DNA from: Macrostomum lignano
Taxonomy: Eukaryota
Assembly (NCBI GenBank): GCA_002269645.1
Contig: NIVC01002812.1
Location: 1 to 63,242 of the forward strand
DNA: 63,242 nucleotides
Direction of reading: 5' to 3'
Position numbers and translations under genes: made by a program. The notes under the pieces are model-generated. The model worked only from the letters and a program-made list of their open reading frames with translations. It searched no databases and was not told the origin of the DNA. Shown piece by piece: positions 44,210 to 58,185 of the stretch (position 1 is its first letter; every line of letters begins with the position of its first letter).

Positions 44210-44759
44210 CCATCGATTAACTGCCCTCTGTCGCGGCTGTCCTGACTCAACACAACTAAACCCGACTCGCTTACTCAAATCCGGCACTAAAACCAGAAAG
44301 CCGACAGGGCAATTTTCTTACCGATTGTTTCAAAAGACGAAACCGGAACTGAGAATCTCAGCTCAGAACGATTCGAAATCACTGCTGACGTGGCACATTT
44401 TGCAGTGAATTATAGAAATTTTCTGCCTCAGCTATAAAGTCACAGTCTGTTTCATTTCCTGACTGATCGGGCTCTGACGCGAGTGGATTTAAACGAAGTC
44501 ACAGTCAGGATAAAAAATCATCAGCCAGGTATCCCTGCCAATATGGCACCTTTTTGATTGTTGCTCTAATTGGCACGCCATAAAACCGATCAACTCCAGT
44601 GCAGTCAGAGGGGTGCCAGTCAGAGCGGCAGTCAAAAATATGCGCGGCACTGAGCGTCCAATTCTGTGAGTGATTTTGCTCTAGGGCATCGATACAGTGT
44701 GACTAAGGTAAGTATTGCAGGTGTTACAGGTTAAAAAATGTATCTTGCTGTGTAGGCTC

Positions 44760-45290
44760 GAGTCTAACAGGTGAAAACGTGTCTCTCACAGGGGAAACAG
44801 CAAGTCTAACAGGTGAGTCTCTCACAGGGGAAACAGCAGCAAGTCTAACAGGTGAAACCGTGTCTCTCACATGGGAAACAGCAGCAAGTCTAACAGGTGA
44901 AAACGTGTCTCTCACAGGGGAAACAGCAAGTCTAACAGGTGAGTCTCTCACACGGGAAACAGCAGCAAGTCTAACAGGTGAAAACGTGTCTCTCACATGG
45001 GAAACAGCAAGTCTAACAGGTGAAAACGTGTCTCTCACATGGGAAACAGCAGCAAGTCTAACAGGTGAAAACGTGTCTCTCACATGGGAAACAGCAGCAA
45101 GTCTAACAGGTGAAAACGTGTCTCTCACATGGGAAACAGCAGCAAGTCTAACAGGTGAAAACGTGTCTCTCACAGGGGAAACAGCAGCAAGTCTAACAGG
45201 TGAGTCTCTCACACGGGAAACAGCAGCAAGTCTAACAGGTGAAAACGTGTCTCTCACAGGGGAAACGTAAAGTTTAACAGGTGAAAACAT
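44760..45290. repeat. 39-45-bp minisatellite (ACAGGTGAAAACGTGTCTCTCACATGGGAAACAGCAGCAAGTCTA)
   Basis: Gives 13-15-aa repeats in the ORF track; lies just 3' of the L3HYPDH stop. Confidence 0.9.
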
Positions 45291-45366
45291 GTCTTCTGTA
45301 ATAACGGAAGACAATATTCGATCCAAAAAGGACGCTAAGGTGTTTTTCATTGGTGTTGTTACCGGC

Positions 45367-46641
<1,275 letters not shown>

Positions 46642-46744
46642 TGCGACTCTGGAGATGTAAACGCCTCTTTAAAGCGATCCGTTGATCCTATATAAAAGTT
46701 AAAATTATATAGGGAAGTTGTTCATAGACGTTGAATTGCTACAA

Positions 46745-47140
46745 CCAGTTGGTCATAGATGTTGGGATTCTTAGAATTAGTTGGTCATAGAGGTTGGTAT
46801 TCTTAGAATCAGTTGGTCATAGAGGTTGGGATTCTTAGAATCAGTTGGTCATATAGAGGTTGGTATTCTTAGAATCAGTTGGTCATATAGAAGCTGGGAT
46901 TCTTAGAATCAGTTGGTCATATAGAGGTTGGTATTCTTAGAAGCAGTTGGTCATAGAGGTTGGGATTCTTAGAATCAGTTGGTCATAGAGGTCGGGATTC
47001 TTAAAATCAGTTGGTCACATAGAAACTGGGATTCTTAGAAACAGTTGGTCATAGAGGTTGGGATTCTTAGAAACAGTTGGTCATAGAGGTTGGGATTCTT
47101 AGAAACAGTTGGTCATATAGAGATTAGGATTCTTAGAATC
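46745..47140. repeat. 32-34-bp minisatellite (CAGTTGGTCATAGAGGTTGGGATTCTTAGAAT)
   Basis: Period 32 (47042, 47074). Confidence 0.9.
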
Positions 47141-47577
47141 AATGTAATGTCTATGACAGGATTGTAAAGCTGCTTACAGAGGTCAAATATTCGAAATTTA
47201 ACACAGCACTTACCAAAATCCCTTTGTGTAAGCCTTGACACTGTTAATTATTGCACTTTTTAATCATATTTTTTCTACATTTCACTTAAAACCTGACACT
47301 TTTCGGAGTGTCAATATACATAAACTGTTGATAGAATTTAAACCCTGTCCATGCAACTGAAACCCCAAATATGTTAATAGTTTGTCAGCCAATTTATACA
47401 ACAGATAATGAAATGCAGGAGAGCAAGTCATGCATATACAAAAGATCGAATTCGTTTCGTTCTTAGACGCGAAAATATAAACAAGAGCTTGATCCTGTGA
47501 AACAAGCGCTGAGCTAAACTAGGCAGGAAAACCTTGAATGCATCGCCCCCCATAAAAATTGCACTCCACAAAACTAA

Positions 47578-48535
47578 GAGACGACAGGGGGTGCCCACCA
47601 AGAGACAGGAGCCCCCACCAAGAGACAGGGGGCGCCCACCAAGAGACAGGGGCGCCCACCAAGAGACAGGAGCCCCCACCAAGAGACAGGGGGCGCCCAC
47701 CAAGAGACAGGGGCGCCTACCAAGAGACAGGGGCGCCTACCAAGAGACAGTGGCGCCCACCAAGAGACAGGGGCGCCTACCAAGAGACAGGGGCGCCCAC
47801 CAAGAGACAGGGGCGCCTACCAAGAGACAGGGGCGCCTACCAAGAGACAGGGGCGCCTACCAAGAGACAGGGGCGCCCACCAAGAGACAGGGGCGCCTAC
47901 CAAGAGACAGGGGCGCCCACCAAGAGACAGGGGCGCCTACCAAGAGACAGTGGCGCCCACCAAGAGACAGGGGCGCCTACCAAGAGACAGGGGCGCCCAC
48001 CAAGAGACAGGGGCGCCCACCAAGAGACAGGGGCGCCTACCAAGAGACAGGGGCGCCCACCAAGAGACAGGGGCGCCTACCAAGAGACAGGGGCGCCCAC
48101 CAAGAGACAGGGGCGCCTACCAAGAGACAGGGGCGCCCACCAAGAGACAGGGGCGCCTACCAAGAGACAGGGGCGCCTACCAAGAGACAGGGGCGCCCAC
48201 CAAGAGACAGGGGCGCCCACCAAGAGACAGGGGCGCCCACCAAGAGACAGGGGGCGCCCACCAAGAGACAGGGGCGCCTACCAAGAGACAGGGGCGCCCA
48301 CCAAGAGACAGGGGCGCCTACCAAGAGACAGGGGCGCCCACCAAGAGACAGGGGCGCCTACCAAGAGACAGGGGCGCCTACCAAGAGACAGGGGCGCCTA
48401 CCAAGAGACAGGGGCGCCTACCAAGAGACAGGGGCGCGCCCGCCAAAAAGAGACAGGGGCACTCACCAAAGCCCCAAATATTGGCGCCCCTTAGCGATGC
48501 GGCTGACTCCAATTAAAATTTTGTGTACGCCACTG
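47578..48535 (-). mobile_element. MITE-like element with an internal 20-bp minisatellite (CAAGAGACAGGGGCGCCCAC), copy 1
   Basis: 20-bp array followed by the terminus ..AATTAAAATTTTGTGTACGCCACTG, whose reverse complement resembles the start of copy 2. The other end was not found. Confidence 0.55.
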
Positions 48536-49025
48536 CCTGGTGCATGCCTAAAATCGAGCCATGGTTGCCTGTAATCTGTATTCAGAAATGGAGCCTATGC
48601 TAGATATATTTTAAAACACGGAGGTTTCAATTCTTATCTTGTTTAAGCAGTCAGTCATGGACTGTTCATAAAAACAGAAGTAATGGAGGCGAAGTTTAAC
48701 ATTCCAGATGTGAATTCTATTTTGTAAATAGAATTCAAGCTCCTTTGCACAAAGCTATCTAAAAGGTGGCTGCATGGTTCAGTGTATATTTATAGTCAGT
48801 TACTTGTTTTCATGCATCTTAAACTGTGCACACAACGCACAATGTACGCGATGCAAAGCAATAAAACTCGTCTCCATGACCATAGCCTGGGGTAGCAAGA
48901 CTGCCATACATATATTGATAGTAACAAGGGACAGAAGAAGAGGCAGAAGCAAACACGGCCATGCCCTATATTTCTCTCTCTGAATTCAACCGCCATCGCA
49001 AGCTTCTTCTCAAACTCTGAAGGAA

Positions 49026-52000
49026 ATGCAGGATGCAAGAAGCTCTAGTGGGCTGGTGCAGGTAAACCCGAACTTGGCCAAAATCATTGCCAAATATGCC
49101 GCGCTGGACGATCAGCTGAGCGGATTCTGTCGAAGGATGCAGGAGAAACTGGAGGCTGGCAATGCAGAAGGCATTTTTCCGTGTCAGCAGAGTCAGGTGC
49201 ACAACTTTCTGGCAACTCTGCCGAGCTTAGACAAGAAGATTAGCGAAGAGCTCAAGGTGATTGCCGTGACAGGTAGACGTGCTCTGCTAGCCTTGAACAG
49301 TTTTATCTTCGGCCAGACGCTCCTAGAAGACGAGCTTTTCTTTCGAAGCAAGACTCTGTTCACCGTGACCGGGCAAAGGGATAATGACGTCGCAGTTCGG
49401 GTGCTCATCTACGGCAAAGGCGTACTGACTCTGCACAGCGAATACCGATTCGACTGCCTGAGATCCATGAACAAGCGGATGGCTGTCGAACTGATCAATT
49501 TGGAGTGCGACAAAAATTCTAATTTCGACGGTTTGCTAGTAGAGATTGGCATCTTGTGCCCGCAACTGGCCAACATCCGCGTCGCTGCTGCGTGCAAGGT
49601 GGACACCACCATCAAGGAGCTGCTGGACCCGAACCAGAGGACACTGACCGCACAGGTATGGCTATTAGATAGATAAGGACAGAGTCTTGATTTACTTCTT
49701 GACTTAGCTGCAGGGCTGTCACAGAGGGGACACAGCGGGAAGGCGCGAACGCCCATTCCGCTAATCCACGAACGGCCGACGCGTCGCTATGGACGAAGGG
49801 TTGGCGCCGCCCAGGGAGGTCCCCAGTGTTGCCAGCAGCTATGATGCTCTCTGAAAGGGAGAGTTCAGCCCTGCGGGTGGCCCGGAGGAAGCGCATGAGC
49901 TGATTAAAATTTTCGGGTTTTCACGCTTCAGTTATGGATTTGTGTGGCCCGAGGTATAAGAACAGAGTAAATTGTAGTACAGCGGGATGGTAACTGTTGG
50001 TTGGGTCAAGGACCACCACCGGTAATATAACAGCACGTTAAACTCAAAGATCGTTTAATTTTTTAAGAGGCCATGTAGTTTCCTGGAAAAAATACACCGC
50101 GGGACTCACGGAATGCGGCATTTGATATCAGGGCAGTGAAGATTTCCATTCTTTACCAATTTAGCATGCACAAACATGTTACTCTGTTGTATTTTATATA
50201 GCTGTGCAGTTTTTCTACCTTTGCAGTGTATTTTTTCAGGAAATTAACCTCGTAAAAATCACAGATCTTTAAGTTTTACGCCCTGTTATACAACAATGGT
50301 CCTTGGGTTGGGTCCACCAGGAGACAAGCTTGGGCCATCTGAATGGGTTGGAAAAATCCCTTTATTTCATAGGTGCTCCGACTGCTAAGCTCTTTAATAC
50401 CTGGTATTAGCGTCAATCCAGCTCAGTGGACCTGTGATCTCAGCGAGCGCAGGCGCAAAACTACCGGTGCCCGTCAGGCAAGGGTAGACCATCGGGCGAA
50501 TATGAGAAAGGAGAGGCTAATGAATGAAGGAGTAGAGAGGAGAGAAGAGAGGAGGGAAGGGAGGGAGAAGGGAAAGGAAAGGAAAGGAGAGAGGGGGGAT
50601 AGGAGAAGAGAAGGGAGAGGAAAAGATATGAGAGGAGAGAGGAGAGGAGATGAGAGGAGAGGAGACGAAGACAGGAGAGATAAGAAGAGAGGTGAGAGAA
50701 GAGAACTGAGAAAAGACACAAACCTTGAGCAGGCCGGATTGCTATTGTGAAGTTTCAAAGGACCGGAGGGCCGGATAGAGAGGCTTTGCGGAGTTTGCCA
50801 ACCCCTGCTTTACGGGGTATGTGCAATTAATTTCCTGCGATGCCTTTAGACGTACTCGTGCGGAAATGCATTCTCACTGCTAGATTTTCTTGTCTAACAA
50901 TAATCTTTCAGAAGCACCAGGCGCCAAGCACAACCAGCTTGATGCTTGTGCACTTCTTCGCTCCGGAGGTGGAGCGCCGACTGGCGGAAGCTGAGCTCAG
51001 CTACGTTCGCAGTTTGGCCATGCAGAGCCGCCTGGTGCTGCTGTGCCAGCATCTGCGGGGCAAGCGGGACGAGGTGGCCGAAATTGTTCAGAGTCCGGAG
51101 GTCAACGGCGAGTCCAAGCTGTCCAGGCACATTCTGTGCTACTTCACCCAGTGGCAGTGGGACGGGTTGAGCAACGCGAGGCCACAGCTGGAGGCCACGC
51201 TGGATAACGAGCTGAAAATCCGAAGCACGCGTCTAGCTAAAGCGGTAACCAAGGAGCTGAAAGTCCCCTTCCAGGTGGTTCACCACATCAGACGGAATAT
51301 CAACCTGTCAAGGAACATCGCCAACAAGCAGAGAAGAAATCCGAACGAGTACAGGAAGGACTTTGCTAACCTGCGCAGCATGGCGGCCCGGTTAGGCTCA
51401 GAATTCCAGCGCCTAAGCGACAGACTGGTGAGAGAAGTGTCCGAGAACGTGGCTCAGCACCTGCGGGTTGGCCGAGTCCGAACTAAAATTATTGAGAAAA
51501 TCATCAGCCGGGCTGCTGAACTGAAGGGCAGCTCTGAGAACAAAGTCGAGATCGCATTTCTTGAAGTTGTAGCCAACGAGATTCGCGAGTGGAACACCAG
51601 GACGGAGGTGCTGAATAAAGCAGACGAAGTCGTTCAAAGGGACAAGGTTAGCAAGTTCAAGGAGCTGTGCTACCAAGCCGCAGAAATTCCCGAGATTTTT
51701 ATCATCTCGAATGAACTGCCATCCAGTTCGTCCGGCAGCACGAGTTCCAGCGGCTCCAGCTGTCGGGCCACCATCCAGAGCGTCACAGAAGACATGGTGC
51801 GGAGACGTCTGCGCACCGGGCGTCTGGAAACTTTCGCAGCGGGCATCGCAGCGCCACTGTGGGTGCCGCTGGCCGCAATCACCATGGCGATCATCGTGCC
51901 AGTGATCGGCGCCCAGAAGAGTGAGCAGAGCGACGAAAAGTTTAAAAAGGAGCTCAGAGGTCTGGCGCAAGACTTCCTTGATCGGCTCGATAGTCAGCTG

Positions 52001-53203
52001 ATTCGAACTCAATTTTTCGACCGAGTGAAGCATCGGCTTGACGACGAGGCCAAGCAGCTGCGCGAGTTTATGGAATGCTTCTGCATCCTGCCGGCCAGCT
52101 ACGAGTCCTCGCAGAACGCCAGGCACACCGATGAGAGCCTCACCGAGAGCCTCGTAATTCTAGAGCAGCAGCTGCAGGAAATCCAAGGCCACCTCATGAT
52201 GCTTCAACTAGAAAAGCTCAATTGCGAGGTTCTCAGCAAGGAAGAGTGCGAGAAATACGGCATTGACATCGACGTGACGAGCACAGAACAGTTGGGTAAA
52301 GAACTGGTGAGCAGGAAGCCAATTTATGAAGTGTTGCCCAAAGGAGCAGAGAGGCCGCTGGTGCTCAAGCTAGCGCCTGGGAAGGGCAGCATGTCGCACC
52401 GCCTACTGTTGGAGATTGACATTCTGAAGACTGTATCGTCTGAGATGCAGAACAACATCATACCCTGGCTAGGCACGGTGTACTTTCCCCGACTGCAGCT
52501 GGTCGGCTTCCTGACGCTCAAGTACGACTGCGACCTGTGGCAGTTTCTCGGGCGATTTGGCCGGATGGCCATCCCGGCCCGCAACGAGATCGGCAGTCAG
52601 AGCCGCGGCTCCGCCTTCGCGGTTTGCCGCGTCCTGTGCAACCAGATCTTCTCCGGCGTCTACCAGCTGCACAACCGGCAGATCCTGCACCGCGACCTCA
52701 AACTGGAGAATGTACTAATCGAGGTGCAGAAGGATACCGAACCGTTGCGCATTGTAGCTAAGCTGTGCGACTTTGGCCTCGCAAAGCATGAGAGCGAAAT
52801 GTCCGGCAGTACGTTCGGTGGTACCAACGGCTACATGGCACCGGAGGTCCTGCACAACCGGCCAGCCTATTCCAACAAGTCCGACATCTACGCTCTCGGC
52901 GTGATCGCCTGGGAGTGCTTCTTTGGCAAGAGGGCGCGAGAGTACGAATCGGATCTGCGGATGTGTAAGACAGGCGACACGGTAGCCTGGGACTACCTTG
53001 TTCAGACCATGACCGAGCCCAGGGCAATGGATCGGCCGCTAATTGAGCAGTGCCTGATGCTGCTGAGAGAGTTGGATAAGAAGCCTAGCGATCAGGGTAG
53101 CCCCCTGTTAGCTGGACTGACACAGCAGGTGCCTTTCGGAAGCCAGACGCAATCTGTGCCATCCCTTAAGGAAAGCATTGTGGCCCTCACCAAAGGCAAG
53201 TAA
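49026..53203 (+). CDS. Degenerate dynamin-like N-terminal domain, helical region and protein kinase (DSTYK-like); provisional exons 49026-49655, 50373-50483, 50912-53203 (about 1010 aa)
   Basis: The kinase domain is certain: LVLK, LEIDIL, HRDLKLEN, DFG, MAPE, SDIYALG. The EMSGST activation segment recalls DSTYK MMSGSI. KVIAVTGRRALLALNSFI sits where a G1 motif would be. Phase-0 GT-AG joins work, but the 5' exon structure is uncertain. Confidence 0.7.
50530..50710. repeat. GA-rich low-complexity tract in the kinase intron
   Basis: Read directly. Confidence 0.8.
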
Positions 53204-53606
53204 GCAAGCCTTGAAAATGATTTTAAAAAGGAGGTTTGTGTAGATAATTTTTTCATTGAAATTTTAACAATACCGTGCTAACAAACTACTTAAAATAAGT
53301 AGTTTAAAAAACCCTGTCCAGAAACAATTTCACCAGTCAAACAGAAAATTTCGGCCCTTAAATGTACGATGGAATGTTTTCTTGATATATGCTGGCCCTC
53401 ATTCGCTATGGCCCATTCATTGCAAGTCTGGATGTCTATTCTAGATTCTATTCAATGTCTATTCAAATTTGCTAGTCTATGGCCCAACCTTAATTTATTC
53501 TATAACCCTTCAACTTTGGTGTGATTGCCCGTTTTGTAGCTTAATGCTGCATGATAAAAGCAATAATTCACTGCAGATATTATTCAGAATAATATTTTAC
53601 ACCACA

Positions 53607-54555
53607 TAGAGGCGTACGCAGGAATTTTAACAGGAGGGGGCTCGCGCAGCCCCGTGGATTATGGCCGGCGCCAACGGTGTCTTCGTGGGTGCCCCTGTCT
53701 CTTGGTGGGTGCCCCTGTCTCTTTGGTGGGCGCCCCTGTCTCTTGGTGGGTGCCCCTGTCTCTTTGGTGGGCGCCCCTGTCTCTTGGTGGGCGCCCCTGT
53801 CCCCTGTCTCTTTGGTGGGCGCCCCTGTCTCTTGGTGGGCGCCCCTGTCTCTTGGTGGGCGCCCCTGTCTCTTGGTGGGTGCCCCTGTCTCTTGGTGGGC
53901 GCCCCTGTCTCTTGGTGGGCACCCCTGTCTCTTGGTGGGCACCCCTGTCTCTTGGTGGGCACCCCTGTCTCTTGGTGGGTGCCCCTGTCTCTTGGTGGGT
54001 GCCCCTGTCCCCTGTCTCTTTGGTGGGCGCCCCTGTCTCTTGGTGGGCGCCCCTGTCTCTTGGTGGGTGCCCCTGTCTCTTGGTGGGTGCCCCTGTCCCC
54101 TGTCTCTTTGGTGGGCGCCCCTGTCTCTTGGTGGGTGCCCCTGTCCCCTGTCTCTTTGGTGGGCGCCCCTGTCTCTTGGTGGGCGCCCCTGTCTCTTGGT
54201 GGGTGCCCCTGTCTCTTGGTGGGTGCCCCTGTCCCCTGTCTCTTTGGTGGGCGCCCCTGTCTCTTGGTGGGCGCCCCTGTCTCTTGGTGGGCGCCCCTGT
54301 CTCTTGGTGGGTGCCCCTGTCCCCTGTCTCTTTGGTGGGCGCCCCTGTCTCTTGGTGGGCACCCCTGTCTCTTGGTGGGTGACCCTGTCCCCTGTCTCTT
54401 TGGTGGGCGCCCCTGTCTTTTGGTGGGTGCCCCTGTCTCTTTGGTGGGCGTCCCTGTCTCTTTGGTGGGCGCCCCTGTCTCTTGGTGGGCGCCCCTGTCT
54501 CTTGGTGGGCGCCCCTGTCTCTTGGGTTGGGAACGTCCCCTCTGCGCCGCCACTG
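53607..54555 (+). mobile_element. MITE-like element with the same 20-bp minisatellite in inverted orientation, copy 2
   Basis: Begins TAGAGGCGTACGC and ends GCGCCGCCACTG (imperfect TIR). The internal array GTGGGCGCCCCTGTCTCTTG is the reverse complement of copy 1. The flanks ACACCACA / ACACACCA are not an exact TSD. Confidence 0.6.
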
Positions 54556-55104
54556 ACACACCAAGACAGCTAATGACTAATACGGATGACAGATAAATGT
54601 CAGATGACATATACATCAATATTAACAAATTAAATTTAATGTTTTCAGTTTTTATTTGTCAAGCCTATTATGCTAATTGTTGTTTACCCAGCCGGAATTC
54701 TCATAATTTTTTAAAACGCTGAATTTTGCGACCATAATTTTTTCGTAAAACTTACAGATCATATTTTTAACGCATACAGGTACATACGAGTACACCTTCA
54801 TCGTCTTGTCTATTCCAGATAAACAAAACTCTTAATCCCTTTACTACTATCAAGTTGATAACAGTAGTTTCTAAGTTTATTTCTTCTAAAGCTACAACGC
54901 ACATGTATGCGAGTCTACACTTTGTAGATTAAGAACCTTTGTAACATGATTATTCTCGTACTTATACTTTTTTAAATAATAAATTTTCAATATTTTGGAT
55001 TTGACATTTCGAAAGTCGAAAAAGAAAACGCGTTTCGCTCAAATATTGTTCTTCCGACTACGAGTACTACTACTACTATTGATACTACTAAGGCGAGAGG
55101 CGAC

Positions 55105-55470
55105 AGAGAAAAGTGAGGCTGCAGGGAGGAGAGGAGAGAGGCAACAGGGAGAAAGAGAAGAGAGAAAGGAGAGCCGGCAGGGAGGAGAGGAGAGAGGCGG
55201 CAGGGAGAAGGAGAAGAGAGAAAGGAGAGGCGGCAGGGAGGAGAGGAGGGAGGCGGCAGGGAGAAGGAGAAGAGAGAAAGGAGAGCCGGCAGGGAGGAGA
55301 GGAGAGAGGCGGCAGGGAGAAGGAGAAGAGAGAAAGGAGAGGCGGCAGGGAGGAGAGGAGAGAGGCAACAGGGAGAAGGAGAAGAGAGAAAGGAGAGGCG
55401 GCAGGGAGGAGAGGAGAGAGGCAACAGGGAGAAGGAGAAGAGAGAAAGGAGAGGCGGCAGGGAGAATGAA
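55105..55470. repeat. GA-rich composite repeat (33 + 23 bp units)
   Basis: Alternating GGCGGCAGGGAGAAGG.. and GGCGGCAGGGAGGAGAGG.. units. Confidence 0.85.
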
Positions 55471-56454
55471 AGAGGATATTTTTGCAAAGGCTTCAAGCTA
55501 AAAGTTTTGTGCATCTCTTCCCCGTCTCCTGAAGCCGTCATCAGCAAGAATGATGTCATACAATGATTACATGAGTTCCATGAGACAAAAAACTCGAGTC
55601 ATTTATCAAAGTATCTTGAAAGTTGGGGGGTTGAATGGCTTGTAGGAATTGTTGGAGCGTTATCGATCGTATTCGCTAGCCTTACCGCGCTCCCAGAGTT
55701 TCCATAGTTCGTGAAGCGACCCCCTTGCCATGTACATGTGTATGAACACTCGACGAAGAGAAATCGAATTGGGGTATGAGGCAGGGCCTCACTAAATCAA
55801 ATGACGCAACTTGGCAAAGGCTAAGGCTAGCTTGGAAAGAGAAGAGGCGGTCTTTCAGTCACTCTCCGACCTCACCTCACACAGATCGATCGATATTTGA
55901 GATGGGGTGAGGGGGCACGGTGGAGTCATTCTGTGAATTGCATTCTGCCCTAGGGTCCCCAGTTCCCCATTAACTCCTAGGAAAGCCTAAAGCTGTCGCT
56001 GGCTAAGAGAAGCAGAGAAAGAAAAGGTTTGCAGGCCCCATTGCGTCACCCCGTGGGCCGTCGGTTGGGGACCCCAGAGTATATGGATTTGGGCCGGGGG
56101 TTGAAAACATTCTTGTGAATGCCTCCAAGGGCTTTGAACCCTTGCCCTTTGCTCAGTTAAACAGTTTTGGGGCTGAATTGTCCCTTTGTACGTGCAAATC
56201 ATCTCTGTTGTATTCGGATAAAGTCTTGGAGGAAACCATTTCTCACTGAGGTTCATGCCTCCTACCTACCTGCCTAATGAGAACAAGCCAATGGATACAC
56301 AAAACCCTTCTGTCGCTCTTTTCCTTTCTCTCCCACTCTTCTGCTTATTCTTGCTGATAGTGCGGCTTCAGAAGGCGGGGAAGAGAAACCCAAAACTTTT
56401 AGTTTGAAACCTTTGCAAAAACATCATGATTCATGATTGACGGAGGCCAACTGC

Positions 56455-58185
56455 CTAGCTCTCCTCTTTTTCTCCGTGCAGCCTCTCTCCCTTCTGTCTC
56501 TCCCTCTCCCTCCCTTCCGTCTCTCTCCCTCCCTTCGATCTCTCCCTCTCCCTTCCGTCTCTCCCTCTCCCTTCTGTCTCTCCCTCTCCCTTCCGTGTCT
56601 CCCCTCCCTTCCGTCTCTCCCTCTCCCTTCTGTCTCTCCCTCTCCCTTCCGTCTCTCCCCCTCCCTTCCGTCTCTCCCCCTCCCTTCCGTCTCTCCCTCT
56701 CCCTTCCGTCTCTCCCCCTCCCTTCCGTCTCTCCCCCTCCCTTCTGTCTCTCCCCCTCCCTTCCGTCTCTCCCCCTCCCTTCCGTCTCTCCCCCTCCCTT
56801 CTGTCTCTCCCCCTCCCTTCCGTCTCTCCCTCTCCCTTCTGTCTCTCCCACTCTCCCTTCTGTCTCTCCCTCTCCCTTCCGTCTCTCCCCCTCCCTTCCG
56901 TCTCTCCCCCTCCCTTCCGTCTCTCCCTCTCTCTCTGTCGCCTCTCTCCTTCTCCATACCGCCTCTCTTCTTCTCCATACCGCCTCTCTCCTTCTCCATA
57001 CCACCTCTCTTCTCCTTGTCGTCTCTCTCCTTCTCCATACTGCCTCTCTCTTTCTCCATACCACCTCTCTTCTTCTCCATACCGCCTCTCTCCTTCTCCA
57101 TACCGCCTCTCTCTTTCTCCATACCACCTCTCTTCTTATCCATACCACCTCTCTCCTTCTCCATACCGCCTCTCTCCTTCTCCATACCACCTCTCTTCTT
57201 CTCCATACCGCCTCTCTCCTTCTCCATACCACCTCTCTTCTCCTTGTCGCCTCTCTCCTTCTCCATACCGCCTCTCTCCTTCTCCATACCGCCTCTCTCC
57301 TTCTCCATACCGCCTCTCTCCTTCTCCATACCGCCTCTCTCCTTCTCCATACCGCCTCTCTCCTTCTCCATACCGCCTCTCTCCTTCTCCATACCACCTC
57401 TCTTCTTCTCCATACCGCCTCTCTCCTTCTCCATACCACCTCTCTTCTCCTTGTCGCCTCTCTCCTTCTCCATACCGCCTCTCTCCTTTTCCATACCACC
57501 TCTCTTCTTCTCCATACCGCCTCTCTTCTTCTCCATACCGCCTCTCTCCTTCTCCATACCACCTCTCTTCTCCTTGTCGTCTCTCTCCTTCTCCATACTG
57601 CCTCTCTCTTTCTCCATACCACCTCTCTTCTTCTCCATACCGCCTCTCTCCTTCTCCATACCGCCTCTCTCCTTCTCCATACCACCTCTCTCCTTCTCCA
57701 TACCGCCTCTCTCCTTCTCCATACCACCTCTCTTCTTCTCCTTGTCGCCTCTCTCCTTCTCCATACCGCCTCTCTCCTTCTCCATACCACCTCTCTTCTC
57801 CTTGTCGCCTCTCTCCTTCTCCATACCGCCTCTCTCCTTCTCCATACCGCCTCTCTCCTTCTCCATACCGCCTCTCTCCTTCTCCATACCGCCTCTCTCC
57901 TTCTCCATACCGCCTCTCTCCTTCTCCATACCGCCTCTCTCCTTCTCCATACCACCTCTCTTCTTCTCCATACCGCCTCTCTCCTTCTCCATACCACCTC
58001 TCTTCTCCTTGTCGCCTCTCTCCTTCTCCATACCGCCTCTCTCCTTTTCCATACCACCTCTCTTCTTCTCCATACCGCCTCTCTTCTTCTCCATACCGCC
58101 TCTCTTCTTCTCCATACCGCCTCTCTCCTTCTCCATACCGCCTCTCTCCTTCTCCATACCGCCTCTCTCCTTCTCCATACCACCA
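56455..58185. repeat. Two adjacent pyrimidine-rich arrays: about 19 bp (CCCTTCCGTCTCTCCCCCT), then 21 bp (CTCTCTCCTTCTCCATACCGC)
   Basis: Read directly; source of the roughly 600-aa repeat ORFs. Confidence 0.95.

Noticed and set aside
47534-48574. Collagen-like or RG-rich ORFs (also 53580-54628)
   Set aside because: They are products of the 20-bp minisatellite, open in almost all frames.
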